DNA from: Lingula anatina
Lineage: Eukaryota > Animalia > Brachiopoda
Assembly: GCA_051362555.1 (NCBI GenBank)
Contig: CM120646.1
Location: 19,902,001 to 19,966,000, forward strand
Length of the DNA stretch: 64,000 nt
Reading direction: 5' to 3'
Shown here in pieces: positions 42,106-54,231 of this stretch (positions are counted from its first letter, which is position 1; each line of letters starts with the position of its first letter). The notes under the pieces are model-generated. The model had not been told where the DNA came from, made no database searches, and saw only the letters and a program-made list of their open reading frames with translations. A program made the position numbers and the translations under genes.

Positions 42106-45100
42106 ATCCTCCTAGAAAATTGTATCGCCTGATATTGACCATTAAGTGGTCTTTGCCATTAATAGAGTATCTTTAAGACGCTTTGTAACCACTAGACTCA
42201 ACATTTTAATGAAGAACGAAGTAACAATGCAGCGTCTTTGCGGAGTCTCATCATGACAAATGAACGAGACTCATCAACGAACAACCTGACAATGCATCAA
42301 TTTGACTGCATATTGTCAACATTGGTAAATCGTCTTCATTGAGAGCCAGTTGACAATGGTGGCCTTGCGTGCCCTCTCTCAGCGGACATGTGCACCGGTG
42401 ACATGCAGATGACAATGTGAGATAGAGCCAAGATTGATACCTAGACTAACGCGCCATGCCGTGCACTTTCCACTTCATAGTCCAGTAGGGGCTGCCTTCT
42501 CATTAGACATGGATACTTAACAGAGAAGGCACGCGGTTAATTAAAACACTAATCAACCTTGTCACGGTCGGCTAATCCAGCAGAAAGGTCGCTGGTATGT
42601 GGACACGTGGTTTTCACGTGCTTCACCAGTGGATTTCAATTTTCATATTGTGGAGCAAGGCGACTCAAGTAGAAAACAGGTGTTAGGGAAGAGCGTCGTA
42701 TTATTTCAGATTAGTCAACTGTCAATTTCATGTGAATCGCTAATGTGCAGGCTCGTTTTTAATCAAAAATTGTCCTTGGCGTTAAAAATGAGTACATATA
42801 TAAACTTTGAAGTCACTTTGTCTAATTTAAATAAAACAGGAAGGTGATATGAGATGCAGACAATTTTTGCAATTTATTTTTCTTTATATCACATAAATCT
42901 TGTAGGAAAAGTACAATTAGGCTTTATTCGTAAAAAAAAATCATGTGACAGCAACCTAATGTTGGGACAAACAATGATTTGGAAAGCGGGTACAGTTTTT
43001 GAATAATGTAAATTTTGACTTCGAGAAAGGATCAAAAACGTGGTAAAAATGATAGGGTTTACCAGGCCAAGAAAATCCCTTGCCTTCTTGGTATTTTGGT
43101 TACAAGGGCAGTGAGGAATACATGTCGTCTATAAAATGAATGGGTTTGTACGCATAATTACTCAGAAAGGGGTATTTTAAAGACAAATTTATCCACAAAT
43201 CTTATTTTTCTAAAGAATGAGGAGTATGGGAGTAGGGAAAGTGAAAATCCACCCTTAAGTTGATGTTGGTGTGACAAGTTGTATTCAGATTCTCCCTCAC
43301 ACCTTCCTTTTCATTAGTTGGTATGTATAAAGCTGTCTACGTACCCTATATTATCCCAACATTTATTTTAATTCATACATATTAGAAAATTAATTCTCTC
43401 GCAAATATCTGCAATTTTTCTTTATCACTGCAGTACACTATCCAAAGCTGCCAAAAAATTGGAATTTATATTTGTTTTCACGTTCTAAAAAAGGACGCTC
43501 GCGAAATTTCAGCTGAGTCGCTGAGTATAACTTTGTATAAATTGTGTTTTTAAAAAGGAAAATGATAGATAAAGCACTTCAAGGAACCCATGTTGTAGAA
43601 ACAGACACATTAAACTGAATGTATAAAAGTGTGCGAGTGAAATCTTGAAAAGCTATGCTGACTTGAAAGTTCAACAAAAACCAAAGGTTGTGGAGCGATT
43701 TGCCGTTAATATGCTAAACCATCTAAACGCGATGCACATACATGTAAGAAGACACGTGTAGAAACTAATCCGTGACACACACACATTATTCGGGACACTG
43801 TCACCATTGCTCAAAGGAATATATTTGCCCATCTATTGTGCATAACATCCGGTGTTACCGGCTCTCTAGCCCTGCCCTTCTATCGTCTACCTGTCTCTTT
43901 TTATTTGTCTCTGCTAGCGCGTTGGCGATCTAAATGAACTCGTCTAATGAAGGTGTGCTTTTGCCAACAACGGGGAACAGAGCAGTCAGCTAGCAAGTTT
44001 GAAGGATGCCTTTATTTTTTGAGATATTTATCGTTTTTAATTATCGAAGGCGAGTGAGTGCAACTGAGAATTAACTATGAGAAGAACGCTCATGAGAATC
44101 GCCTGTAAAACTATCAAGTAAAAAGATGTGAACAACAGATGCTTTTCCAAAACCTTTTTTGTCATTGATAATCATAATAGGATGGTGTTTAAAGGATGTT
44201 CACTATATTTCTTGAGATCGCATTAAAAATAATGTGTTCAATAATTTTATTTGAAGGGAAATGTTTTGCTTAAATCGATTTTAAAGAAAAAATCAAATCA
44301 TATTTTATTTTGAAAATATTTCCCTCTAGTTATCATTGTAAGTTTATTTATTGGATCAATCAGAAACGTAATGTGAAGCAACAATCTTTAAAGTAGAATC
44401 ATATATTCCTCTAAGTAGACTTACTGCAATTACACACACACACACTCACACACTGCACAACGTAGCACGTTTTCATTTTAATAATTCTACAAAGACGTAG
44501 AATTGCGTGATGAAATTAACACACTGTCTTTGACTATCTGAAACAATTAGTATTCTTTTAACAACTTGTAAAAGCCCTTCACAGATGGAATCTTTTGGCC
44601 TGTAAGAAACAAGAGTGTATCAAAATCAGTGAATCAGATATCTTTGAACCCTCTCCTCCCCACCCTCTCCCTTTATGATTCAGTTTAATCTACACACAGA
44701 CGTATAACCGAAAAAAAATAAAAATAAATAAAAAATAAAAAATAAATAAATAAATAAATAATTAAATAAATAGAAAGAAAGAAAGGAATCTTCAAACGTT
44801 GAATATTTGGGGCTCTGAAGGAAAAATTTGAAAATTCGGCAAGGTACAGGTCTCTTACAGCCTGGTTTTTACATAAAAGGAATCTGATATTGAGTAAATC
44901 GTGGCAGGCCATTTAACTTTCAATAAACGGTGATCACCCAAAGGTCATCAGCTGCTCCACACACACACACACACACACACACTTTCTTCTATATATATTT
45001 TTTTATTTTAGATAAAAACTTAAGATTTTCAGTTGCAAATACGCTTGAAGAAGTTTCAACAGTATAATTTCTCTAATCCAGCTTTTTCTCAAATCACAGG

Positions 45101-45550
45101 TCATTAGATTGCGGGGGAGGGGGGGGGGAGGTTTTAACACGGTCCTTAACTACTTCAAACGCCACTGAGCTCCCAAAATACCTGATAACAAGTGACTTTT
45201 TGACTTGTATTGTGATGTGTCTGATAAAAGGTTAGCTCGTGCTGACGAAATTTACGGCGTCGGTGCAAAAACAAACCGTGACCACTCTCATCAGTGTCCC
45301 GTATCTGATAGCCTTGCTGATTCCGTGAACTTAAGCTGATGCCAATGAAACGAGAAAGATGTTTAAACAGCACGCTATCTGTGAGTTTCATCTAAATGTT
45401 TCTGATACCATATGCAAGTGTAAGAGTGGACTTCATTGTTAGTGGTCACTTTATTGGCCCTTAACAATTTGGAATATGTTGACCATTGGTAATTATGTTG
45501 GAAAAGAGACGCTTCTTTCTTTTCTAATGCGCACCTTGTTCTTCTGGCAG

Positions 45551-45618
45551 TATAAAAGCAGACGCATGTGAGAGACGCGGCATCTTGCCGGCTGACCGCT
45601 TACAGAGATCACATATAG
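45551..45618 (+). promoter_or_regulatory. TATA box and non-coding first exon of copy B
   Basis: TATAAAAG at 45551, CATCTTGCCGGCTGACCGCTTA, donor AG|GTGAGT at 45618/45619; acceptor at 46131 just before the ATG. Confidence 0.75.
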
Positions 45619-46138
45619 GTGAGTGTCAAGGGCGCCGAAGTTTCGATTTTGCTGACGAAAAAGAAACAAGCGCTCACAACCGACGGCTTTTACAAAGCCT
45701 AAGCCGTTCGTAGTCAGGAACAAGTTTTTTACTGCGCAGAGTCCGACGTTATTTTAAATAAATCATTCAAGTTTTAAGATTCGTATAATTGTGTAGGCGT
45801 GCGTAATTATATAAGAGACTGTAAAGTTCGATGTCGTTTTTCGAAATACTACGTCATCGAAAGGATATATGGTTGACGATGTGTAAGTGGATCGACTATT
45901 TAACTCTAAGGGGGGACAAACAGGAATGAAGAGTTTTAAAAAATGTAATGCATGCCATGAGCCTATCCGTGAACTGGGGAAAGGGGTGCTGCTTGTGCCT
46001 GTATCAGAACCTTTTTATTGAAATACTATAGTATTTCTGTATCAGACTGAGAACTGATGTCACACCAGGTCAATAAAATCAAATGTTTATAATTTTCTAA
46101 TAATTTTACTAATTTGAATTCTCGTTTCCAGTCCCATC

Positions 46139-46428
46139 ATGCTTCGTCTTGTTCTCCTCGCCTTGGTGGGCAGTGCCCTCGCTGTTTACGATGAGCATCA
46201 TCTTGGTAAGTAATTGTTGTTTACAAGTCAATGCACGTATTTAACAGTATGGTCATTGTTATAATTATCTCGTTGACTTTGACAGAAAAAAACTCGTCAT
46301 CGGATTCATGCTTAAAGTAGATTGTATCTAACTTAAAAGAAGTCCTTAAAATAAACAAAAAGTAGAATAAGAAGTAACAAAGACAGCCAACGATGTTAAA
46401 CATGTAACATTACAAGCTGAATTATTAA

Positions 46429-46479
<51 letters not shown>

Positions 46480-48866
46480 AATGCCGCTTACGAGAATGTA
46501 AACAAGTCCACGTATTAAGTCTAAGATTATTGGGTCATTTTACAGCTCCCAAATTCAACGACTTCTGCAAGAAGTGCATCGAAGAGAGAAATGGCGTAGG
46601 CTACTACGAGAACCCAGAAGACTGCAAAACTTACCTCCAGTGCGATTTGGATGATGACCTTAACATCAAGGTTCACGTGAAAGAATGCGCTGAAGGTACC
46701 CTCTTCGATGGTACCATCGTTACCTGTGTTCCATGTGAGGTCGCCACCTGCCCAGGCAGCAAGGTCCCATACCCACAGTGCCCACCAAGAAGTGAGTAGA
46801 TGGTTCTCATTTCCCAACATCTTAGTAATATACCAGTTGTCAACGTTACAAAGTTAAATTATTTTAAATAATTATGATTTTCTAATCAAATTTTACAAAA
46901 AATCATTTAGACAACACCGCTGATTATTTACAAAATGCTTCTTTATAATTCCAAATTTTCATGCACCTAAAAAAATTAATTTTTCCCCAGCCGCCCCACC
47001 AACCACCACCATGGCTTACACCACCCTTCCCCAGTTTGACGGCAAATGTGCCGGCCCTGACGGATGGACCTACTTGGCCGTCTGGGGTGATGCCAACACC
47101 TTCTACAGATCCCAGACCCTTGGTGATGAGACCAGAATCGAGCGTGTCAGCTGCGGACAGTGGGAGTTCAACGTCAAGAGATGCATGTGCATGGTTCCAG
47201 GTATGAGCTGATCTGATTAATATCTTACATTCTCTATAACGACAACAATTATATTAACGATAGCATTAAATACTTTCTCGCGTTTCCCTCTTCTTTTTTT
47301 AAACAAATTATGCTGCTGAATAACGCCTACGCCGTTGATGAAAGGTCAATATTATTTTCTCAGGGAATGAAAAATGTATAAAAATGTATAATTAATATTG
47401 AATCATTTCTTGCAGATCTCCAGGCTATCGCCCTGTGGCCTTTCGATGAGCACACCGACACCACCGTCGATAACTTCTGGACAGACTGCGCTGGTGTAGA
47501 GCTTTTGGACGGTAAAGTCGGATACGCTGCTCACTTCAACGGCACCGTCCACTGCGAGGTCCCACGTTTCAACAACTACCCATGGGGATCTGCCCTCACT
47601 ATCTCTTTCTGGTACAAGAACGCTGCTCACGCCAAGAACGACCGTGAGGGTCTCCTCAGCAACGGCAACTGCGCTATCGAGCCAACCATCTCCTTCTGGT
47701 CTGACCGCGGCTATCTTGGAGGCCGTATCCTGGTCAACAACAACGGCACCCTCCTCACCGTCGACCTCGGCAAGAACGTAAGTGTTGTTAAAATTGGCAA
47801 AAATATTTCTGAATTATATTTCATTCTACACAAACGTTCAGTTATTTACAGTAGAAAATGTTTGCAATGGAAAGCTCTAGATTAAGAGACCTTATTTTCA
47901 TCAAAGAAATAACAATCTAGTAATACTATTGTTCTTTATATCACAGGGTGGCAGCGGCTGGAACCACGTCGCCATGGTCTACGATGGTCTCAGACTTGTG
48001 CTTTACGTCAACGGAAAAGTTATGGTTGATGAAATCGCTGTCGGTATGTGACAACTTTTTTTATATAAATATTTTTTGGTACGAAACATAATATAATATT
48101 ATTTTAGTTATAATTGGTTAGAAAAATTTAGAAAAAACCTAGAATTGGTTGCTGGTCAATGTACTGAAGTTATTCATTAGCAGTATCTTTCATTATTTTT
48201 GGAGACTGTTTAAATACAAAAAAAAAATTATATAATGTATGTAATTCAGCTGTCTTTGTACATTTTTACAAACGCTATTTGCGACACTCTATCAAAATTG
48301 CATATGTAAAAACTGCGCAAAACAATACTAATTTAAGACAATGCTTTTTAAAAACATTGCTAAAATTGTGTTTAATTTTCTACAGGTGCTATCCCAGCTA
48401 CCCTTGCTCCATTGTACATGGGCAGAGACTTGAACTGCGAGGCCGTCGATGCTCGTTTCAGCAACACCAACCTTGTTGGATTCCTCGATGAGGTAATTGT
48501 GTTTCGATAACTTTCATCCTTAGTGATATTCAGCGATGATTTTTGTCCTTTTTTCCCTTGATTTAGTTTATCTGGAGATAAGACCGTGAAATACATAGCA
48601 TAATGATGTTGACAAGTAATAATACGTTGATAATTTCCTACTTTGTAAAATACGAATTCAGAAATCTCGAAGGTACTGAAAGCATCTGTGTCGAAAACTA
48701 AAACTACGCTGATGAAAAAGGATGTAAGGCATAGGTGGAGCTGTCAGCTAATGAGGGCAACTTTTTTTATTTTCAGGTCCAGATCTACGACTGGGCTCTT
48801 ACCGACGCCATGATCTGGAAGCTCAATGCTGGAGAGAGAAACATCAAGATGGCCAGAACCGACTAA
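46139..48866 (+). CDS. Secreted chitin-binding type-2 (x2) + laminin-G/ConA-like protein, Pif-like without VWA, copy B (392 aa)
   Basis: Coding exons 46139-46205, 46546-46791, 46991-47200, 47416-47777, 47947-48043, 48386-48492, 48777-48866 (1179 nt); exon sizes identical to copy A. Confidence 0.9.
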
Positions 48867-49800
48867 ATCTACATATTATCTTAAATTCACATAGATGACT
48901 GATACGAATAATGGACAATGACATTGAGGCACAGTTTGTGATGCGACACGTGTGACGTGCAATGACCAGATTGTAATTTTATTTTTTCAAACAGACCTAT
49001 TATACACTTATCATTTGCACTTCGGAATAGTTCCATTTAATTTACGAGAAACGAACAACATGCTTTTTTTTCACAATCGCTTCCATTTTATCACATAATA
49101 ATGCTGGTCTATTCGATATTAGTAATATTACGCTGTATAGAAGATGACCATTCGGCCATGAAAAACACGAAGATTTTATTGCTTGTACCACAACATTTAA
49201 CAAAATATATTATATTTATTAGCAGCAATCAATCTCCTTTTCTCGTCTTTTTATTTATTGTTGACAACTTTCAATTACGGGCTTGCAGTCCTCGTCTTCG
49301 TCATTTTTCCTTATATTGAATGAAAGCAAATAATGTTGGTATTGTATTGGCACGTTGAATAGGCCTATAAGGGCGGATCAGATCGATCGACTTCAGATAG
49401 CGTATTGCTAGGCTAGAGAAAAACTGAAATTAATTGAATAGACCAATTTTAAGAACATTACTGGTACCACCATATAAAAATTGCTCAGATTCTGGAGAGA
49501 ATGTGAATGATAGATTTGTCTAGTTTTAAGAAAAATTCAATTTCAAGATATTATAATCAATTAATGCAAATAACCACGGCTTTAACCTGGGCTTGAACCC
49601 TGCATTTTGAACAAGTATTTCTTTCATTTGATGAATGGCCTTTTGCACGTCGTTGAACATTATCGTGACAAGGCCAATTACATTGTGGTGCTTAAACCTG
49701 GGTCATTAACATACATGCACAGTGTACATGTATCACTCGATAGTTTTAGGCTTTTTCATTTGTTTTAACGCAATTTATTTGATTATTTTTATCAAACAAC

Positions 49801-49831
<31 letters not shown>

Positions 49832-50124
49832 TAGGCTACCTGTTTTGTTCTATTTTGGCAAACTGACAAGCGAGCCCCCCCCCCCCCCCCCCCCAAAAAA
49901 AAAAAAAAAAAAAAAAAAAAAGACCACGTGCAGGGGTTCACAGCCTTCTATCTTCGGGGGCAGGTGTTAGAAATTATCTTAAGACCAACATGTCAGCCTC
50001 CATCAAATATAAGGCTGTGAGGGATTGTTTACTGCTTCTACGTACACACCCTATCATACTTTTAATTTTTCAAGCTCACAGGCACGTTAGATGATACCAT
50101 GTAGAGTGTAGACCTAAAGTAAAA

Positions 50125-50155
<31 letters not shown>

Positions 50156-50299
50156 ATATGGTAAATATTCATCTGAAGATGAAAGTTATGCTGCAAAAGG
50201 TCCTTTATTGAGTCTCTCCTTTATTGCGGACCAGTTAGAGGCTTCTCTTGTTGATGTATCGATGCAAGTGCCTCCCCATTTTACACCTTGAGGACAAGC

Positions 50300-53200
50300 A
50301 TGGCGTCGAATGCAAAGAAGAAAAAGAAACAGCTCAGTAAGGATGATTTGAGACGGCTCATGAAGGAAACAAAGTCAACTGTGACATCGACAGCAAGTAG
50401 AATAGACTCTCCACTAGCAAAATATCCTTTTTGTGATATTAATAGCTTAGATTAGATGTTTTGAAACTGTAAATGTAATGAAAGACGCTGCTTATGTGTA
50501 CAAACTGCAGTTAGTCGACTTCAGGTTCAGTGGCTAAGTGAGAGTTGCTATAACAAATAAGACATCTTGCCTGTTTGTGTCCCTAACACTGCCACATATA
50601 ACAGCTTAGGTCACCTGTCCTGTGCTTTGTGCAACGTACCAGTGAAAAATGAAAAGTTGTGGAAGGCACATATTCAAGGCAGAACACATAGAGAGGTACT
50701 AGTAATTAGGTTTTTGTAATACTAAAAGTTAAACCCTCTTTTGCTATGCTGAGGTGACGGATTGTTTGTGTCCAAACGAAGCATAGTAATGGACCTTGAA
50801 AGACTTAACTAAAACAAGTTAGTATATGCTCTTTTTCTGTATCATATATTTAAACTCGAGGTCACTTATGTTGGTGAGGTGTTTAGTAATAACTGGGTAT
50901 GTTTTACCAGCTTGTCGCCTCCTTAAAGATGAGGCCTCCAGCCCCTGTGCCTCCACCCAACACTGCCAAGAGGAAAATGGTGGACAGTGGACAAGATGAA
51001 GAGGTGAAGAAATCTAAAGGTAATGGTATAATAATTTGTAATGCATATGTATATAGGTCAGTAACCTGTTCATGTGAGCTGGAGTAGGAGACGCAATCCA
51101 AGCACTTGGAAATCACACTTGTCATTTTGCCTCAAACATCCTCAAAGGACTGGCTGGCATGGTATCGTGGCCAAGTTTGAACTTTGGCGAAATCTTAAAG
51201 TTAGCTTAAAAATAGTATTTTTTTGTGTTTTTAAGTTTTGTTGATGTATTTTCATGTTTTGTAATTGTTCTTACTTATCATGAGAAAAAATTACTGAAAA
51301 TATAATTATTACTTCCCTGTATTTGGGGGTCTCATATTTACAAGTACTTTTCTCTTAAGTTTTGATGCAGTTGAAATATACTGTATAATATGTTCTTGGC
51401 TATATCTGAATGTCTGAGTGCAAAAATAAACGGAATTGATTTATCCTTATTTTTAGTATTTACATAATGTATTTTTATTTCTCATTTCAGTCACAAATAA
51501 TTCCAGTAAAGGGTGAGTTACTCAGATTACTCAAGGCTTTTCATTCGGTTCTGGAACAGTAAAATGTGCCAGTTTTACAGTTTTTCTATAGTGTCAGACA
51601 GAAGCAAAATGTATGTGTTTATTTGATTATTTTATAATGAAACTTTCTTGAAATTTAATGACACTTAAAATTTTTGAATAAAATGATTGTTCTTTGTGTC
51701 AGTGTGCAGTTTCCCTCAACAAGTTTTTTCTTCCATATTCCTTTTTCCCCCAAATACTGTTACGCATGAAGTCAAAATCTAACATGCTGCAGCACATTTC
51801 TTTTTTGTTCAGACTTCCAGCAGATTTTTTTGATGCCAGTGTGCCATCAGCTCCAACTGGTGGTAAAACCAACCAACAGCCTGCGCTTACACTGGGAGAC
51901 TATGGGTCCTCAGACGAGGAGGAGGAGGAAAATGTTAAGGAGGAGGGGAAAGAAGGAATTGCGGCATCAGTGGCTGGCAACTCTGGGCTGCCAGCAGGCA
52001 AGTTTGATTTTTGGTAGCAGATATCTAATTATTTTTTCCCCAAAATGCTAAATGGAGTGGGCATTAGGACAGTGGGAGAGAATCAAGCTTGAAAGATTTA
52101 GACTATTACTTAAATAATATGCATATTTAGTACTTTGTGTTTATGTGTAACCTTTTTAAGAATGAGGCAGTGTAAGAAATACACAGTTAATGTAGACAAT
52201 TTATTGTTGTGCTGGGCCATTAAAAAATGTGCTTTCACTGTGCAATCCAGATGACTTGAATCTTGGACTAGTTTAGGAACTTGAAACCCACTTGCCTGGA
52301 TGATTAGGGCAAATAAAAATGTTTCCTAACCCTTAGATTAAAAGGTTTTACAATAATCTGAAAAGTTTTCCATAAATTGCAATCTTTTCAGTTGGACATG
52401 TTTTAGAAGTTGTAACCTATCTGGACTTATACCAAAATTGATAACATACTCTTTGTCTTTTAGACTTTTTTGACAGTGGTGTACCTCCTGATCCCAAGGG
52501 GGAAGAAGAAGAAGAAGAGGGGGGGACAACAGTACCAATGTCTATGGCTGACAAATTGCCAGAGGGTTTTTTTGATGATGCTAAAATGGATGCTAAGGTT
52601 TGTCTGGAAATGTTCATATTCCACGTGTCTTGCAGATTCATAATTTAGAGACAAAGCCGAAACCGGTCTATTAAATCATGTCAATAATTTCAGCATTTTT
52701 AATTTTTCAACACACATCATTTTTAGTTCCTCCACATAGGTGCCCGTTTTTCAGAGCTCAAATCATCTTGTTATTATACTATTCAAACACATTTTTGTAT
52801 GATGAAGGGATTCATTGCTGAACACATTTACGTATTATAAGATATTTTCTCTAGGTTCGTAAGGTGGAATACAGAGACAAGATGGAGGATGAGTGGGAGA
52901 GTTTCCAGAAAGCAATGAAAGAGGAGACTGCAGTGAGTATAAGCCAGCTGGACTTCATCAGGGCTACCATTGATATAAAGACTGATAACACAAATAATAT
53001 AGAACAAGTCCAGGAAAGTGCAAGATTTTCTCCTTTATATCAATGGTATAACCTGTCCAAACCATAAGATAATAATGACCTGTAAACCTGTATTTGAGCT
53101 CTTAGTTTCTTACTTTTATTACCAGTTATCCATAGCCTGTTTACATGTTTCATTTATTCTTTAATTTAGGTGTCAGCGGCCATAATTGAGGAAGAAGATG

Positions 53201-53755
53201 AGAGTGTGACAGTTGAGAGAAAAATTGATGAAATCGATGATCAAATGTTAGTCTCTGGGTTTTTGTGTATGCTGTGACAATGGAATTTCAAGTGCATGTT
53301 GAGCTGCATCTCTCATTTTTAAAAATCGATGTAGATTGTGTTTGTTTTGTGGAATTAAATCTCAGTTTTATCATTTGTATGACATGTTAAACTTGTATGG
53401 TGAATGTGATCATAATTTACAATGGTTGTATTAAGACTTCACAATGGTTGTGAGAAGACTCTCTCGATGCTTTCAATAATTTGTTGGGATTGTTAAATGC
53501 TTGCTGATCACAACTTTGTCTGGATACATCTTTATGGACACGAGGCAAATTCCATATATTTATGTTTTGATAATAATTAAATTTATCTCTTTCAGAAATC
53601 GACTGAACACAATTACAACTCTAGCTCGTCAAAAGGAGGAAGTCATGTCGAAAGCCAAAGATACAGAGACCATGGACTCTAGTGACAGTGAGGCAGATGA
53701 AAGGGAATTTGAGGGTTTTCTGGACTGGAGAAATAAGAAAGAGTCTCATTTATGA
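50300..53755 (+). CDS. ZNF830: Zinc finger protein 830 (CCDC16), spliceosome-associated, ~328 aa
   Basis: Exons 50300-50421, 50596-50695, 50911-51019, 51491-51512, 51813-51997, 52464-52597, 52855-52932, 53170-53246, 53596-53755 (987 nt). Motifs [37 protein letters not shown], repeated [40 protein letters not shown]. Confidence 0.92.
50422..50595 (+). other. U12-type AT-AC intron
   Basis: 5' ATATCCTTT, branch-like TCCCTAAC at 50580-50587, 3' CAC. Removal restores the conserved SPLAKYN. Confidence 0.92.
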
Positions 53756-53986
53756 TTCATTCAGGATATCTGAGTGGAAATGTCTACAGAAATTCATTAA
53801 TTTTGATTTCAAACAAGTAAACTTTAAGGCAGTTTTGAGTCACAAGTTATAGCTCTGAAGGTAAGTACTCACAAAATTCAAACCAAGTTGATTTTTAAAT
53901 CCAAATTTTCCCCAGTGTTTTATTGGGAATAATGGATAATAATGATTTTAAAGTTTTGAAAACAGAGTCGGTTATGAGTGATAATC

Positions 53987-54231
53987 TAAGGTCTCATTCC
54001 CAATGAAACTGTTATTCTACATAGATCGATCCAAACGAGGACTTACGCTAAATCCAGTCAGATTAGCAGGTCTCCTTCTGGCGTTGAGTAAAATAAAGAA
54101 AAGTTGGTAATAATACCAGCGCGTTGGAAAGAAGAGGATGCAATCTCTCAATCTGATTGCATTCAGCAAGAGTCCCCACGGAGTTGAATCAATCTATGTT
54201 GGACAATAGTTTCATTGAAAATAAGCCCTTA
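53987..54231. mobile_element. Degenerate MITE downstream of the ZNF830 stop
   Basis: ~55-bp imperfect TIRs (TAAGG..CAATGAAACT.TT.T..ACATAGAT.GAT.CAA). Related fragments in intron 2 of array genes 1 and 2 (~6129-6217, ~12988-13105). Confidence 0.7.
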
